From contig JBHGNT010000006.1 in NCBI GenBank assembly GCA_043228905.1, forward strand, positions 20,956,001-21,020,000: a stretch of 64,000 nt of DNA. Reading direction: 5' to 3'. Below the pieces are notes generated by a model. That model did no database searches. It worked only from the letters and a program-made list of their open reading frames with translations, and was not told the DNA's origin. This DNA is from Azolla caroliniana (taxonomy: Eukaryota > Plantae > Polypodiophyta). A program made the position numbers and the translations under genes. Shown here piece after piece: positions 1-10,053 of this stretch (the stretch's first letter is position 1; every line of letters starts with the position of its first letter).

Positions 1-74
1 CTCCTTTGTATCGTTATTGGTTGTCATTCTTGTGAATACAATTTTATTAGTTTCTGTCTATCTTGTGTCGACTA

Positions 75-108
<34 letters not shown>

Positions 109-145
109 CTATTCCACTGCATTGAATCATACTTGATTCTTAATG

Positions 146-157
146 TGGTATTAGAGC
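146..157 (+). promoter_or_regulatory. Primer binding site (tRNA-iMet type) of Copia-A
   Basis: TGGTATTAGAGC, one mismatch to the canonical TGGTATCAGAGC, just upstream of gag. Confidence 0.75.
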
Positions 158-276
158 GATTGGTATTCTGATCCAACCCATTCACCCGTGTTGTGTTATA
201 CACCGACGATCAAGAAGAATTGGTTCATCAAGCAGAGAAGAAGAAAAAGGAAAACAACTTTAACCAATCGACCATC

Positions 277-1877
277 ATGAACAGTCAGATAGGCAACTCT
301 CTCCCTAGCGAAAAGCTGGATAGAAATAACTTTGCCTATTGGGAATACAAGATGCACCAATACCTTGTCGGTCAAGGTTATTGGAGCTGCTATATTGAGG
401 GAGCACAAGAAATGAAACCCAACCCAACACACGCTGACTACCCAACATGGGAGCAAGCGGCAAGTCGAGTGTTGTACTGTTTGGCGTCATGTGTCCACGA
501 CCACATGCTCGGCTTCATTCGGAAGCCTAAGATGACGAAGGAAGCATGGGTGAACCTAATGAAGATTTTTGTAGCCAACACAACCACACAAAAACTTCAA
601 CTTCGTCAAGAGTTGAATAACATCCAATAGAGGGATATGTCAATCACAAGCTATACCTTGAAGCTCAAGGAGTTGTGTGACTCATTCGACTCGATCAATG
701 TTAACATTGACGACGATGAAATGGTGTAAATATGCCTCGATGGCCTAGCACCCCGTTTTAGCACAATAAAATTAGCCGTCCTCGTATGAGAGAATCCTCC
801 CTCCTTCTTTGATCTCCAGTCGATGCTATTGGTTGAAGAAAATCACATCCGAACGAGGAGCAATGCATCAGAAGGTCACATGCCCTATTCACACTCGGAC
901 GGAGGAAGAGGACATGATCGTGGAAAAAGAGGCCGATTCGGCCAAGGCTGAAACGATAGAGAATCATTGCATGAACATAATTTCTACTATAGGCAAGATG
1001 TTGGAAACACTCGAGGAACATTCGGCAGGAGGGGGAGCTTTCATGCTGGATTGCGCTAACAAAATAATCCCACCAAATGTGGGTATTGTGGCAAAATTGG
1101 CCACCATGAGGTAGAGTGCTGAAAGAAGAAACGTGAGTCGGCCTGCACAAGCCGACAACTCACCAATCATGCCAATAACTCTAACCACGACAATCATGGA
1201 GGGATGTTCGTAATAAGACATAACGCAAATTCTATGTCGGCCTCCAATCCGACTGAGACGTCCAATGCAGAAGATGTGTGATTTGTTGACTCCGATGCCC
1301 TAAACAATATGACATCTCATCAAGACTGGTTTTGAGGCTTGAGGGAGCCCGGATCGGCCCGACTATGTTGAGCCTGGAGATGACACCACTCACCCGATAC
1401 GACATGTTAGCAACCAAACCTATATATCAAAAACGTGTTGCATGTTCTGACCATAATGAAGAATTTGGTCTCAGTCAGGCAAATTATGGAACAAGGCATG
1501 CAAATCCATTTCAACCACGCAAGTTCTTTCATTGAGGAAGAAGGCCGAGTCATTGCTCACGGACGAAGAGAGGGCCGAATGTTCATTCTTGACTCATACA
1601 AGTTGAAATCTATCATGTTTGCAAAAGGTCTCAAAGCCGACATGGACATAGAATTGTGGCACAAAAGAATCAGACACATCAACCTCCAAAAGCTCAAAAG
1701 CCTCCAGACGAAAGGAGTCTTCATCGGACTCCCAAAATTGATAGAGAAGGACAGTATTGGAGTGTGTGAAGTTTGCCAAATCGGCAAACAACATTGGCAT
1801 CCATTTTCGAAGGAGAGAAACGTAAGCAAAGGCCTCATGGACGTAATTCACTCATATGTGTGGGGTCCAACGCAAAC
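277..1877 (+). pseudogene. Copia-A gag/protease/GAG-pre-integrase pseudogene, 5' part
   Basis: ORF fragments 193-630 and 1435-1920 carry Copia gag and integrase zinc-binding motifs; stops and frameshifts in between. Confidence 0.8.
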
Positions 1878-2236
1878 TATCACGAATGAATATAATAGAG
1901 TAGAACCAACACGAAACTAAGAACTAGGAGAGAGAGAAAAAACAAGAACATAACTTATGATTCCGTAACTGGTGTTGTTCACCTTGATTAGAATCAAGGT
2001 GCACCTGAGTATTTATACAAGAAGGTAGAGGTATGTATGCCAGCTAGAAATAGAGAATGCATGAGAATGCATGCAAGCTAGGAACTTCCAATGTTTAATC
2101 TACCATACATGATGTTGGATTTTATATAAGGATGCATTGATGGATGTAGATTAGTTGGTAGGGTTGCCCAATGGAGACCAAGAGGTCTTGGGTTCAATCC
2201 CTACCTTTCACTGTTGCATGACATATGTCTATGACA
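1878..2236 (-). repeat. 3' LTR of Gypsy-1
   Basis: Direct repeat of 7455-7886, adjacent to the PPT. The terminus has decayed from TG to TA at 1878. Confidence 0.88.
2140..2211 (+). ncRNA. tRNA-like Pol III cassette (A box + B box) in U3 of the Gypsy-1 3' LTR, antisense to the element
   Basis: A box TAGATTAGTTGG at 2147-2158, B box GGTTCAATCCC at 2191-2201, upstream TTTATATAA at ~2121. Partial acceptor and T stems; no canonical anticodon arm. Confidence 0.55.
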
Positions 2237-5200
2237 TTATCCTCCCCCTAAGTTGCCTCCGAAGATCCATGACCGGCTTCTGTGTGTACCCTTGAAAAAA
2301 AGCTCGAGTGGTCTTGGGAGCCTTTTGTAAAGGTGTAACCAGTTCTTACGTGGCATCCGAAATGGGGTAACCTTTCCATAAGACCAAGTATTGAAGTTTT
2401 TGTCAATGCAAGCGGGAGTCGAGGATTTGCTCAACCTCGTACTCCTCCCTTGTTGATAATTCCACGGGTGTCGGTGGAGGAGGTTGTCGTCCCGGAATTT
2501 GAGAAGGATGGTATAGTTCAAGGAGAGAGACGTAGAAAACATTGTGAATCTTGAATGTTGGGGGAAGCGCTATCCGGAATGTGATTGGGTTGTTTCACTT
2601 GATGATAGGGAAGTTGCCTAGCTTTTTGTAGTCTAGCTTCGCACAAGGACGGGTGGTGGTGATGTGGCGATGTAACAACCAAACCATGTCACCGACTGCG
2701 AAGGTTGGCACGGCCAAGCGATGAAGGTTAGTGTGATCCTTATATTGTTTGCCAACGAAATGGAGCTCAAGGGAGAGGTCACGATGGACATCTTGTAAAG
2801 TGGTGGCACGCATCTCTGCCGACTGATTGACAAAAATCGCAGGAATGGAAATGCTGAAATGAGGGTGGAACCCATAATTTACAAAGAGTGGGGAAACCTT
2901 AGTTGAGGCATGGATACTATTATTGTAGGAAAATTCTGTCATGGCAAGGAAGTCCACCCAATCCTCTTGTTGGTAGCTGACTGTACACCGAAGGTATAGT
3001 TCGAGGATTTGGTTGATACTTTCGGTTTGGCCATCAGTTTGAGTGTGGTACGCTGTTGACAAGTTCATAGAAGTCCAGAATGTTTGCGGAAGTTGTCGCC
3101 AGAAGGGGAGATAAATTGAGGACCTTGATCAGAAGTGACATCCTCGGATAAGCCATGTGGATGAACGACATTTTTCCAAAAAAGGTCCGTTGTCTCCTCC
3201 CCTGAAATGGTTTTTGAGCATGGGACAAAGTGAGCCCATCTTTGTGTCATGACCATTGATGTGAGGGAGGTTGGTTATGAAGTCCATCAAGAGAGAGGCC
3301 TAGGGTTGACTAGGAAGTGGAAGCGGGTGGAGAAGGCCATATGGACGATGGTGAGCTACTTTGGAGTGGGCACAAACGTCACACATCTTGATAACTTCTT
3401 TGACAAATTTCCTAGGTTGGGGCCACCAAAACCCCCGAGATAGCAACTCCAATGTTTTCATGACCCCAAAGTGGCCGACAAGAGGATCATCGTAGCAATT
3501 TGTTAGGACTCGAGTATGACATGCTCCGGCTAGTATGTAAACGAGGTGATTATGATAAAGTAGCCCATCCCGAGTTGTAAAGTGACTGAGATCCAAGGTT
3601 TGCATTCCTTGGAATGGGTAATTGATGCGCGCCAGGATGTTGGTAACGAATGGGTCTGACATGGTGGCTTGAGAGATTTCGTTGAGCAAGGAATCATCAT
3701 GCAACATGTAGGTTGCGAACATCTATAGTTGATCGGGCCACAATAAACAATGTGATTCCTGAGAATATACGTCGTCACCTAGGCGTACGCAAAATGTGAT
3801 TGCCAAGAGAGGGCATCCGCTTTCCCATGTTGAACGTCGGGTCAAAACAAGATTTCGAAGTCGTAGTTAGGGAGAAAAGATGACCAATGAGCTTGCCTTC
3901 GATTCAATGTATGACTGGTGGTGAAGTAGATGAGTTTCTTGTGGTCGGTCCACACCTGGATATGTAACGGGACCCCAACGAGATAGGGTTGCCATTCGAC
4001 GAAGGTAGAGATGATAACTGCAAGCTCCTTGTCATAGACTGGATAATTGATTTCCGGGGTTGTAAAGTTCTGGGAGTAGAAAGCGACCCAATGTAGTGTG
4101 CCATCGTCGTTTGGTTGGGACAAAAATGTTGGAAGACAGGTCCCTCCGGATGGGAAGGGAGAAGAACAGTGCCGACGAGCAAACTCGGCCGAGGCCGATA
4201 GGCCGAGGCCGAAACAGTATGAACCGGATGGGGAGAACCCGACTTCGGAGAGTCGGATGGTGTAGGCCCGGTATGAACCGGATGAGGAGTACCCGACTAC
4301 GGAGAGTCGGATGGTGTAGGCCCGGTATGAACCGGATGAGGAGTACCCGACTGCGGAGAGCCGGATGGAGCCCATCGAGGCTACTTTTGTAAATAGCCGA
4401 AAAGTCATATTAGTATAAATATGACTTAAGGCAAACTTTTAGTTACCGTTGTCATTCTCGTTGTTATTCTTTCTTGTTGGTGCAAGAAGAAATTAGAGCG
4501 TGTAACTGTACAGAGTGTGAGATAGAGAAAGAGAAAGAGAGAGAGAGAGACGAGGTCGTTGCCTCTGTTGTAACCGCCGCCTGTGGCGAAGATCTGAGAA
4601 CACGAGGTCGTTGCCTCAGTGATCTTACTGTTGTATATTTCGGCATAGTGAGTTCGTGGGCTGCCGTGGTTTTTCCCCTATTTTGGGGTTTTCCACGTAT
4701 ACCTCCTGTGTACCATTTCTCCTCTTCTTTTTCTTTTGTGTCGCGTTTCATTACCTGTTTTTCTATGTATGAAAAGAATCTCGGTTGTGGCCGAGCGTCG
4801 GACATAAGGAACGTCGTGTTCCCAACACAAAATTGCGCCAATGGCAAAGTCGGAGGCGTCGGTTTCAACCTGGAAGGGTCTCGTGGGATCGGGGTGGATC
4901 AACACAAGGGGTGAGAGAAAAGCTGCTTTGAGGGAATCAAAAGCATTTTGTGCCACGGGGGTCCAGAGAAATGGAGTATCTTTTTGAGTAAGTTGGATGA
5001 GAGATTGCACAAGGGAAGAAAACCCGCTTATAAATCGTCTATAGAAATTTGCGAAACCAAGAAATGATTACCTCTTTCAGTCGAGTCGGGAGAGGCCAAT
5101 CGGTGATTGCCACTACCTTGCGCTCATCCATTGTGATCCCAGTGGGTGAGATCATGTAACCCAGGAATTCGATAGAGGTTCGATTGAATTCACATTTCTC

Positions 5201-7424
5201 ACTTTTGGCGTAAAGCCCATATTCCCGAAGTTTGGTTAGAACCAACCATACGTGTTGTGTGTGCATCTCTAAGTTGGAAGAAAAAACTTGGATGTCGTCA
5301 AGGTAGATTACCACGAATTGATCGAGGTACTCTTGAAATATATCGTTCATCATGTGCTGGAAGACTGTTAGGGCGTTGGTAAGACCAAAAGGCATCACCT
5401 TGTACTCGAAATGCCCATAGTGTGTCTGAAAGGCCGTTTTCCACTTGTTCCTAGCCTTGATGCGCACCAGATTGTAGGCTCCCCGCAGGTTGATTTTGGA
5501 GAAGATACGCCCGGTTTGGAGTCGATCGAGGAGCGCTGGAATTAAGGGCAAGGAATAACAATTACGCACTGTAACTTTGTTGAGACCCCGATAATCCACA
5601 CATAGGCGTAATTAACCGTCCTTCTTCTTGACAAATAAAATTGGGGCCCCGACCGGTGATTTGGAGGGTTGAATGAAGCCCTTAGCGAGGTTGTCAGCCA
5701 GATATGTGCGGAGAGCCTCAAGTTCAGGTTCAAATAGTCCATAAATAGGGCCGAATGGTGGATGCTCGCCAACTTGGAGTTCGATTGGGCAATCATTGAG
5801 GTGATGTGCCGGTAACCGACCCGTAACCGATTTGCATTTCGCTTCTCAAATATATCCAAAAAGTCACTATTATCATGGGGGAAATTTTTTGATAGGAACA
5901 GAGATGTCCCACGACAAAACAGCCAGTGTAGTGACCAAACCGGAATCGGCCGCAATCGAATCAAGAGAGTGTTGTGACCCAACCAGAATCGTCCGCACTG
6001 GAAAAGTGATGGTGCGGTTGCCCCAATCCACTATCGGATTGTGTGTCTCCAACCAAGATAGCCCCAAAACAATCAGATGTCGGGGGGTTGCAATGAGGTA
6101 GAACGTTAGTACCTTATGGTGGGGCCTGACTTGAAGTACCAATGGGATAGTGAGTTCTGTAATCACCCTCGAAGAGAGAACCCGGTCGTCGATCGCCTCA
6201 ATGGATATGGGTTGCGATGTGCGGACGGTGGGGATGTTATGTGCTCGGACAAACGATATATCGATAAAACAAGTAGATGGTCTGAAGTCGATCAAAGCAT
6301 GAGAGTGTACTTGCAAAGCAAACCCTCCTAATGGTGGAACGGACTTGTGGGAGCATGGAGAAGGTAGGTAATGAGAGGCGTTCAATGACATGGCTCGTAC
6401 TACAGCTGGACTTGGTCTTTTTTCCTGTTGTCAAGGAACCTCCGCAAGACGTGCACGGTCGAATTAGTGTTGATGGCCCCACATCGGGTAGTGAAGGATG
6501 ACATGGCCGGGGTTACCACAATAGAGACAGAGGTCATTGTCATGATGATGCTGGTGTTGGGCATTAGTTATTGGTTGGAACCGAACGTGATTGATCTCCA
6601 TCGGGGTATGGGAATCGACCTCCATCATAGTATGAGTATCACTAGGTGATGGTAAGGTTGGCGTGGGGGGGTGAAACTGAGATGTAAGGCCTGGCTATTG
6701 ATGCATTTTGGGAGGAAGGCTGAAACCCACGAGTCCCACATTCTTCCTGACGAAGTTTGAACAGATAATTATCACATTGGACGGCTTGGGAGATTAAGAC
6801 AATGATGTGGGCTCTGGAAAGTTTAAGAGAAGAGTCTTGACATCTTTTCGGAGATCGCGATGAAAATGGTTGCATAAGTCTTGGTCATCCCAACTGACAT
6901 CGTAGGCAATCTGACGGAACTTTGGACGTGAGCCTTGTTGGAAGGAATAGAGTTTTGTGAGTGTTGTTCGTTGCCGGACGGTCTCACGGAACGTAGCTTC
7001 GAGCTCATCAAGGAAAGCGATGAAGTTTTCTAAGAGAGGGGATGAGGTCTCGACCAGAAGTGCAAACTACACTTGCGCCGGCCCGGAGAGAAGGGAGTCG
7101 ACGAGGTCGACCCAAGAAAAGTCGAACTAGCATACTGTTGGGATTGTAAATAGATGATAAGCTGAATTTGATTGATGAAGCCGTGAAGATACCCCCTCAT
7201 GCCATTGACTTTGTCGGGTAGGCTGATGGTTGGTTCGAGGACATATGGATGGAAAGAGGAAGTTGTTGGGCTAGGTGCCGACGGCGGTTGTGGCTCAGCA
7301 GGTGGTGGGTTTCTTGATGTGCGGGATTGAAGCTCTCATAATGATTCCTAAGGATTTCATTTTCAAGTTGAAGTTGTTGCAAGGCTACCATTACTTGGTT
7401 TAGGTTGTCGATGGAGTCGGACAT
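2237..7424 (-). pseudogene. Gypsy-1 gag-pol pseudogene (gag, protease, RT, RNase H, integrase, chromodomain)
   Basis: ORF pieces 7197-7424 (gag start), 5873-6391 (protease), 5039-5599 (RT), 4678-5010 and 3842-4120 (RNase H, split by a solo LTR), 3300-3722 and 2595-3068 (integrase). Confidence 0.9.
4127..4827 (+). mobile_element. Solo LTR of the young Copia family inserted in Gypsy-1 RNase H
   Basis: TGTTGG...CCCAACA termini. Shares GGTCCCTCCGGATGGG, TTTGTAAATAGCC(C)GAAAGTCATA and CTCGGTTGTGGCCGAG with the LTRs at 40767 etc. TSD CAAAA (one extra A on the left). About three copies of a 54-bp U3 repeat. Confidence 0.85.
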
Positions 7425-7441
7425 GGTAGCAAGAAGAGGAG

Positions 7442-7452
7442 AAGGTGAACAA
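7442..7452 (-). promoter_or_regulatory. Self-priming PBS of Gypsy-1 (TTGTTCACCTT on the minus strand)
   Basis: Lies 2 nt after the 5' LTR. Complementary to AAGGTGAACAA ~32 nt downstream of the LTR TATA box (11/11 in the 3' LTR at 1975-1985; 10/11 in the 5' LTR at 7552-7562). Confidence 0.7.
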
Positions 7453-7454
7453 AC

Positions 7455-7886
7455 TGATACAGATGAGTATAATAGAGTAGAACCAAGACGAGACTAAGAA
7501 CTAGGAGAGAGAGAAAGAACAAGAACTTAACTTATGATTCTGTAATTGGTGTTGTTCACCTGGATTAGAATCAAGGTGCACTTGAGTATTTATACAAGAA
7601 GGTAGAGGTATGTATGCTAGCTAGAAATAGAGAATGCATGAGGATGCATGCAAGCTAGGAATAGAGAATGCATGAGGATGTATGCAAGCTAGGAATAGAG
7701 AATGCATGAGGATGCATGCAAGCTAGGAACTTCCAATATTTAATCTACCATACATGAAGTTGGATTTTATATAAAGATGCATAGATGGATGTAGTTTAGT
7801 TGGTAGGGTTGCCCAATGGAGACCAGGAGAGGAGGTCTTGGGTTCAATCCTTACCTTTCATCGTGGCGTGGCATATGTCTATGACA
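7455..7886 (-). repeat. 5' LTR of Gypsy-1
   Basis: Matches 1878-2236 plus two extra copies of a 34-bp unit and a 5-bp duplication. TATAAATA on the minus strand at 7587-7594. Confidence 0.88.
7785..7861 (+). ncRNA. tRNA-like Pol III cassette in the Gypsy-1 5' LTR
   Basis: A box TAGTTTAGTTGG at 7792-7803, B box GGTTCAATCCT at 7841-7851. Acceptor-like stem ATGGATG/CTTTCAT pairs 6/7 including one G:U. Confidence 0.55.
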
Positions 7887-7891
7887 CAAAC

Positions 7892-8490
7892 GGTAGCATT
7901 CAGAGGATGCCGATATTATGTGACCTTCATCGACGATTTCACTAGACACACCTAGATCTTCCCTTATATGCAATAGAATAGTCACTAAAGTGTTCTCAAA
8001 CTTCCTAAATCTTAAAAGCAGAGTCGAAAAAGAAACGAGTTGACATGTTCGGCGCCTTCAATCAAACAGAGGAAAAGAGTACTTTTCCAACGATTTCACA
8101 ACTTATCTCTGGCAAGAAGGAATTAGTCAAGAATTTACGTGTTGAGATACACTACAATAGAACAGTGTAGCTGAACAGAAGAATTAGTACATCCTCAAGG
8201 TAGCAAGAGTTATGCTGAATGAGGAGCACATATCAAAATCATATTGAGCCGAAGTACAATGCACAATTGTTTACCTAATGAATTGATGCACAACATCCGG
8301 AGTGCATGACTTTAACCCCCACCATTATTGGGAAGAAGTCAGACTTATCTCACGTTATGATATTTGGCTCAATTGCATTCGTGCACATTCCTGATGAGAA
8401 GCAACAAAAGCTTGATCGAAAAATTAGAGAAATGCATCATCATTGGGTTCTCATTTGAGAGAAAGGGGTACAAATCCTTCAACCCTTCTA
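7892..8490 (+). pseudogene. Copia-A integrase pseudogene, 3' part
   Basis: RYYVTFIDDF, GKEYFSN and GYKSFNPST motifs, with stops. Confidence 0.8.
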
Positions 8491-8494
8491 CTCT

Positions 8495-8915
8495 ACCAGG
8501 TCATCGACCGGATTAGAGAAATGGAGAAAACAAGCTCTTGGCTAACAATGGGAGCACTCCAACGAGCGTTACCAACCGATGAGGATCTCTGGTTTCGACA
8601 GGCCATTCAATGCACAACATGTCTAAATGCCGGACACTCAGCACTAGAATGTACCATGCGGTCGCAATGTCTACTGTGCCATTCCAGGAACCACACAATG
8701 GAGCAGTGCAAGTACAATTTGTTGAATCACCAAGCACCACCGGTTTGGCAAATCGAACCACGGAGTACCAAGGAAGAGGAAGAAGAACGTTGGAGGAGAG
8801 AAGAGAGATACCGACCGGCACAAGATGTCCGGTACAGGGACAACTATGACCGGTATGATAGATATGATCGGTACCGGGATTATAATGGACGGTATGAAAG
8901 ATACAATCGTAAAAC
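8495..8915 (+). pseudogene. Gag-like fragment with two tandem CCHC zinc knuckles and an R/Y/D-rich tail, from an unrelated retroelement
   Basis: CTTCLNAGHSALEC and CLLCHSRNHTMEQC in ORF 8443-9042. Confidence 0.55.
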
Positions 8916-8937
8916 TAGGAACACAAGGAGGTGCATA

Positions 8938-9027
8938 ACCTTAGTGGCTACTTGTTTTTCTAAATCTAATTGTGGCTCAACCACCTTAGTGGCTACTTGT
9001 TTTTCTAAACCTAATTGTGGCACAACC
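8938..9027. repeat. Tandem duplication, 2 x 45 bp
   Basis: ACCTTAGTGGCTACTTGTTTTTCTAAAYCTAATTGTGGCWCAACC repeated twice. Confidence 0.85.
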
Positions 9028-9666
9028 ATCATTCGAGTTTGAATCTTGCCCCACACAATGAATTACCTTAACCATTTAGCCATTTCACCTTTATAATAAA
9101 TTTCAAATCCTTCCCTATATAGCCTTAACCACTTGACTATTCATCTTTTCTTATAATTATCTCCTTGACACGTACACATCTTAGAACAGATTCACACATT
9201 TACGCGCACACCCTTTTACACATATTCACGACATGCATGCATGAGCGCACTTAAAGAGAAAATATAACAAACACACACCTACATTTTTATACATTCACAA
9301 ATACACTTACACACATATACTCATTGAAGCATCTAAAACTTCTAGCACATAAAACATAGCACACATTTAGACAATCACATGTATACACTCACATATGTAC
9401 CTACATGCACATTCACATAAAACAAAATAATCATACATTCTGGAGAAATATGATTAGACACAATAATCGCCCACACACTATTATTATTACAAAAGCATTA
9501 TTATTATTACAGACATTTGCACATAAAGGGGCCTACTACATCATATATTTTCCATACAACGGATGCACCTACGAGTGCACTCGTACAAGAAGAAAAGGGA
9601 AGATTTGATTGTATGCTTTAACTTGTATTGACATATTCTACAATCCTTCATCGATGACAGCGTCTT

Positions 9667-9861
9667 CTCTAGTTTAGGTCCTTGCTTATCTTGCTAAACT
9701 TTCATAGGCACCCACATATTCACAAGTGGGGCCTGCAAATTCACACTAGCTCAACACTCAACTTCATTGATGTTGCCATGAAAACATGGAGCTAGTGTTG
9801 AGTGTTGAATGTTGAGCTAGTGTGAACATGTGAGCGGGACCATTGGGGACCTAAACCAAAG
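9667..9861. repeat. Foldback / MITE-like inverted repeat
   Basis: Outer arms CTCTAGTTTAGGTCC / GGACCTAAACCAAAG. Inner arms TTCACACTAGCTCAACACTCAAC (9740-9762) / GTTGAATGTTGAGCTAGTGTGAA (9804-9826). Confidence 0.6.
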
Positions 9862-10016
9862 AGGATGGGAATGTTGAGACTTTGAGGATAGAGTGCTCAA
9901 GGTTGTCAACATTTTCTCAAAGAGTAGGATTCATTTTCCTGGTTTTTTAGCGATTGAGTGTAAGCTTTCGTGATCCGTGGGCGTATATGTTAAAAACATA
10001 TTTAAACATGCTTGTG

Positions 10017-10020
<4 letters not shown>

Positions 10021-10051
<31 letters not shown>
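10021..10051. repeat. (TG)n microsatellite
   Basis: About 15 TG units. Confidence 0.9.

Positions 10052-10053
<2 letters not shown>

Larger units (their letters stand above)
1878..7886 (-). mobile_element. Gypsy-1: decayed Ty3/Gypsy chromovirus (Tcn1/Tf1-like), full length
   Basis: LTRs at 1878-2236 and 7455-7886. TSD CAAAC at 1873-1877 and 7887-7891. PPT on the minus strand AGGGGGAGGATAA at 2237-2249. Domain order gag-PR-RT(YLDD)-RH-INT-chromodomain (EYEVEQILDSR...YLVLWKGY). Confidence 0.92.
1..8490 (+). mobile_element. Old degenerate Ty1/Copia element (Copia-A): end of 5' LTR, PBS and gag-PR-INT; split by the Gypsy-1 insertion and truncated at ~8490
   Basis: PBS-like TGGTATTAGAGC at 146-157. 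Gag motif (EKLDRNNFAYWEYKMHQYL), GAG-pre-integrase (LWHKRIRHIN...CEVCQIGKQ) and DVIHSYVWGP lie before 1878. The frame resumes after 7891 with RYYVTFIDDF and ends at GYKSFNPST. Many stops and frameshifts. Confidence 0.85.
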
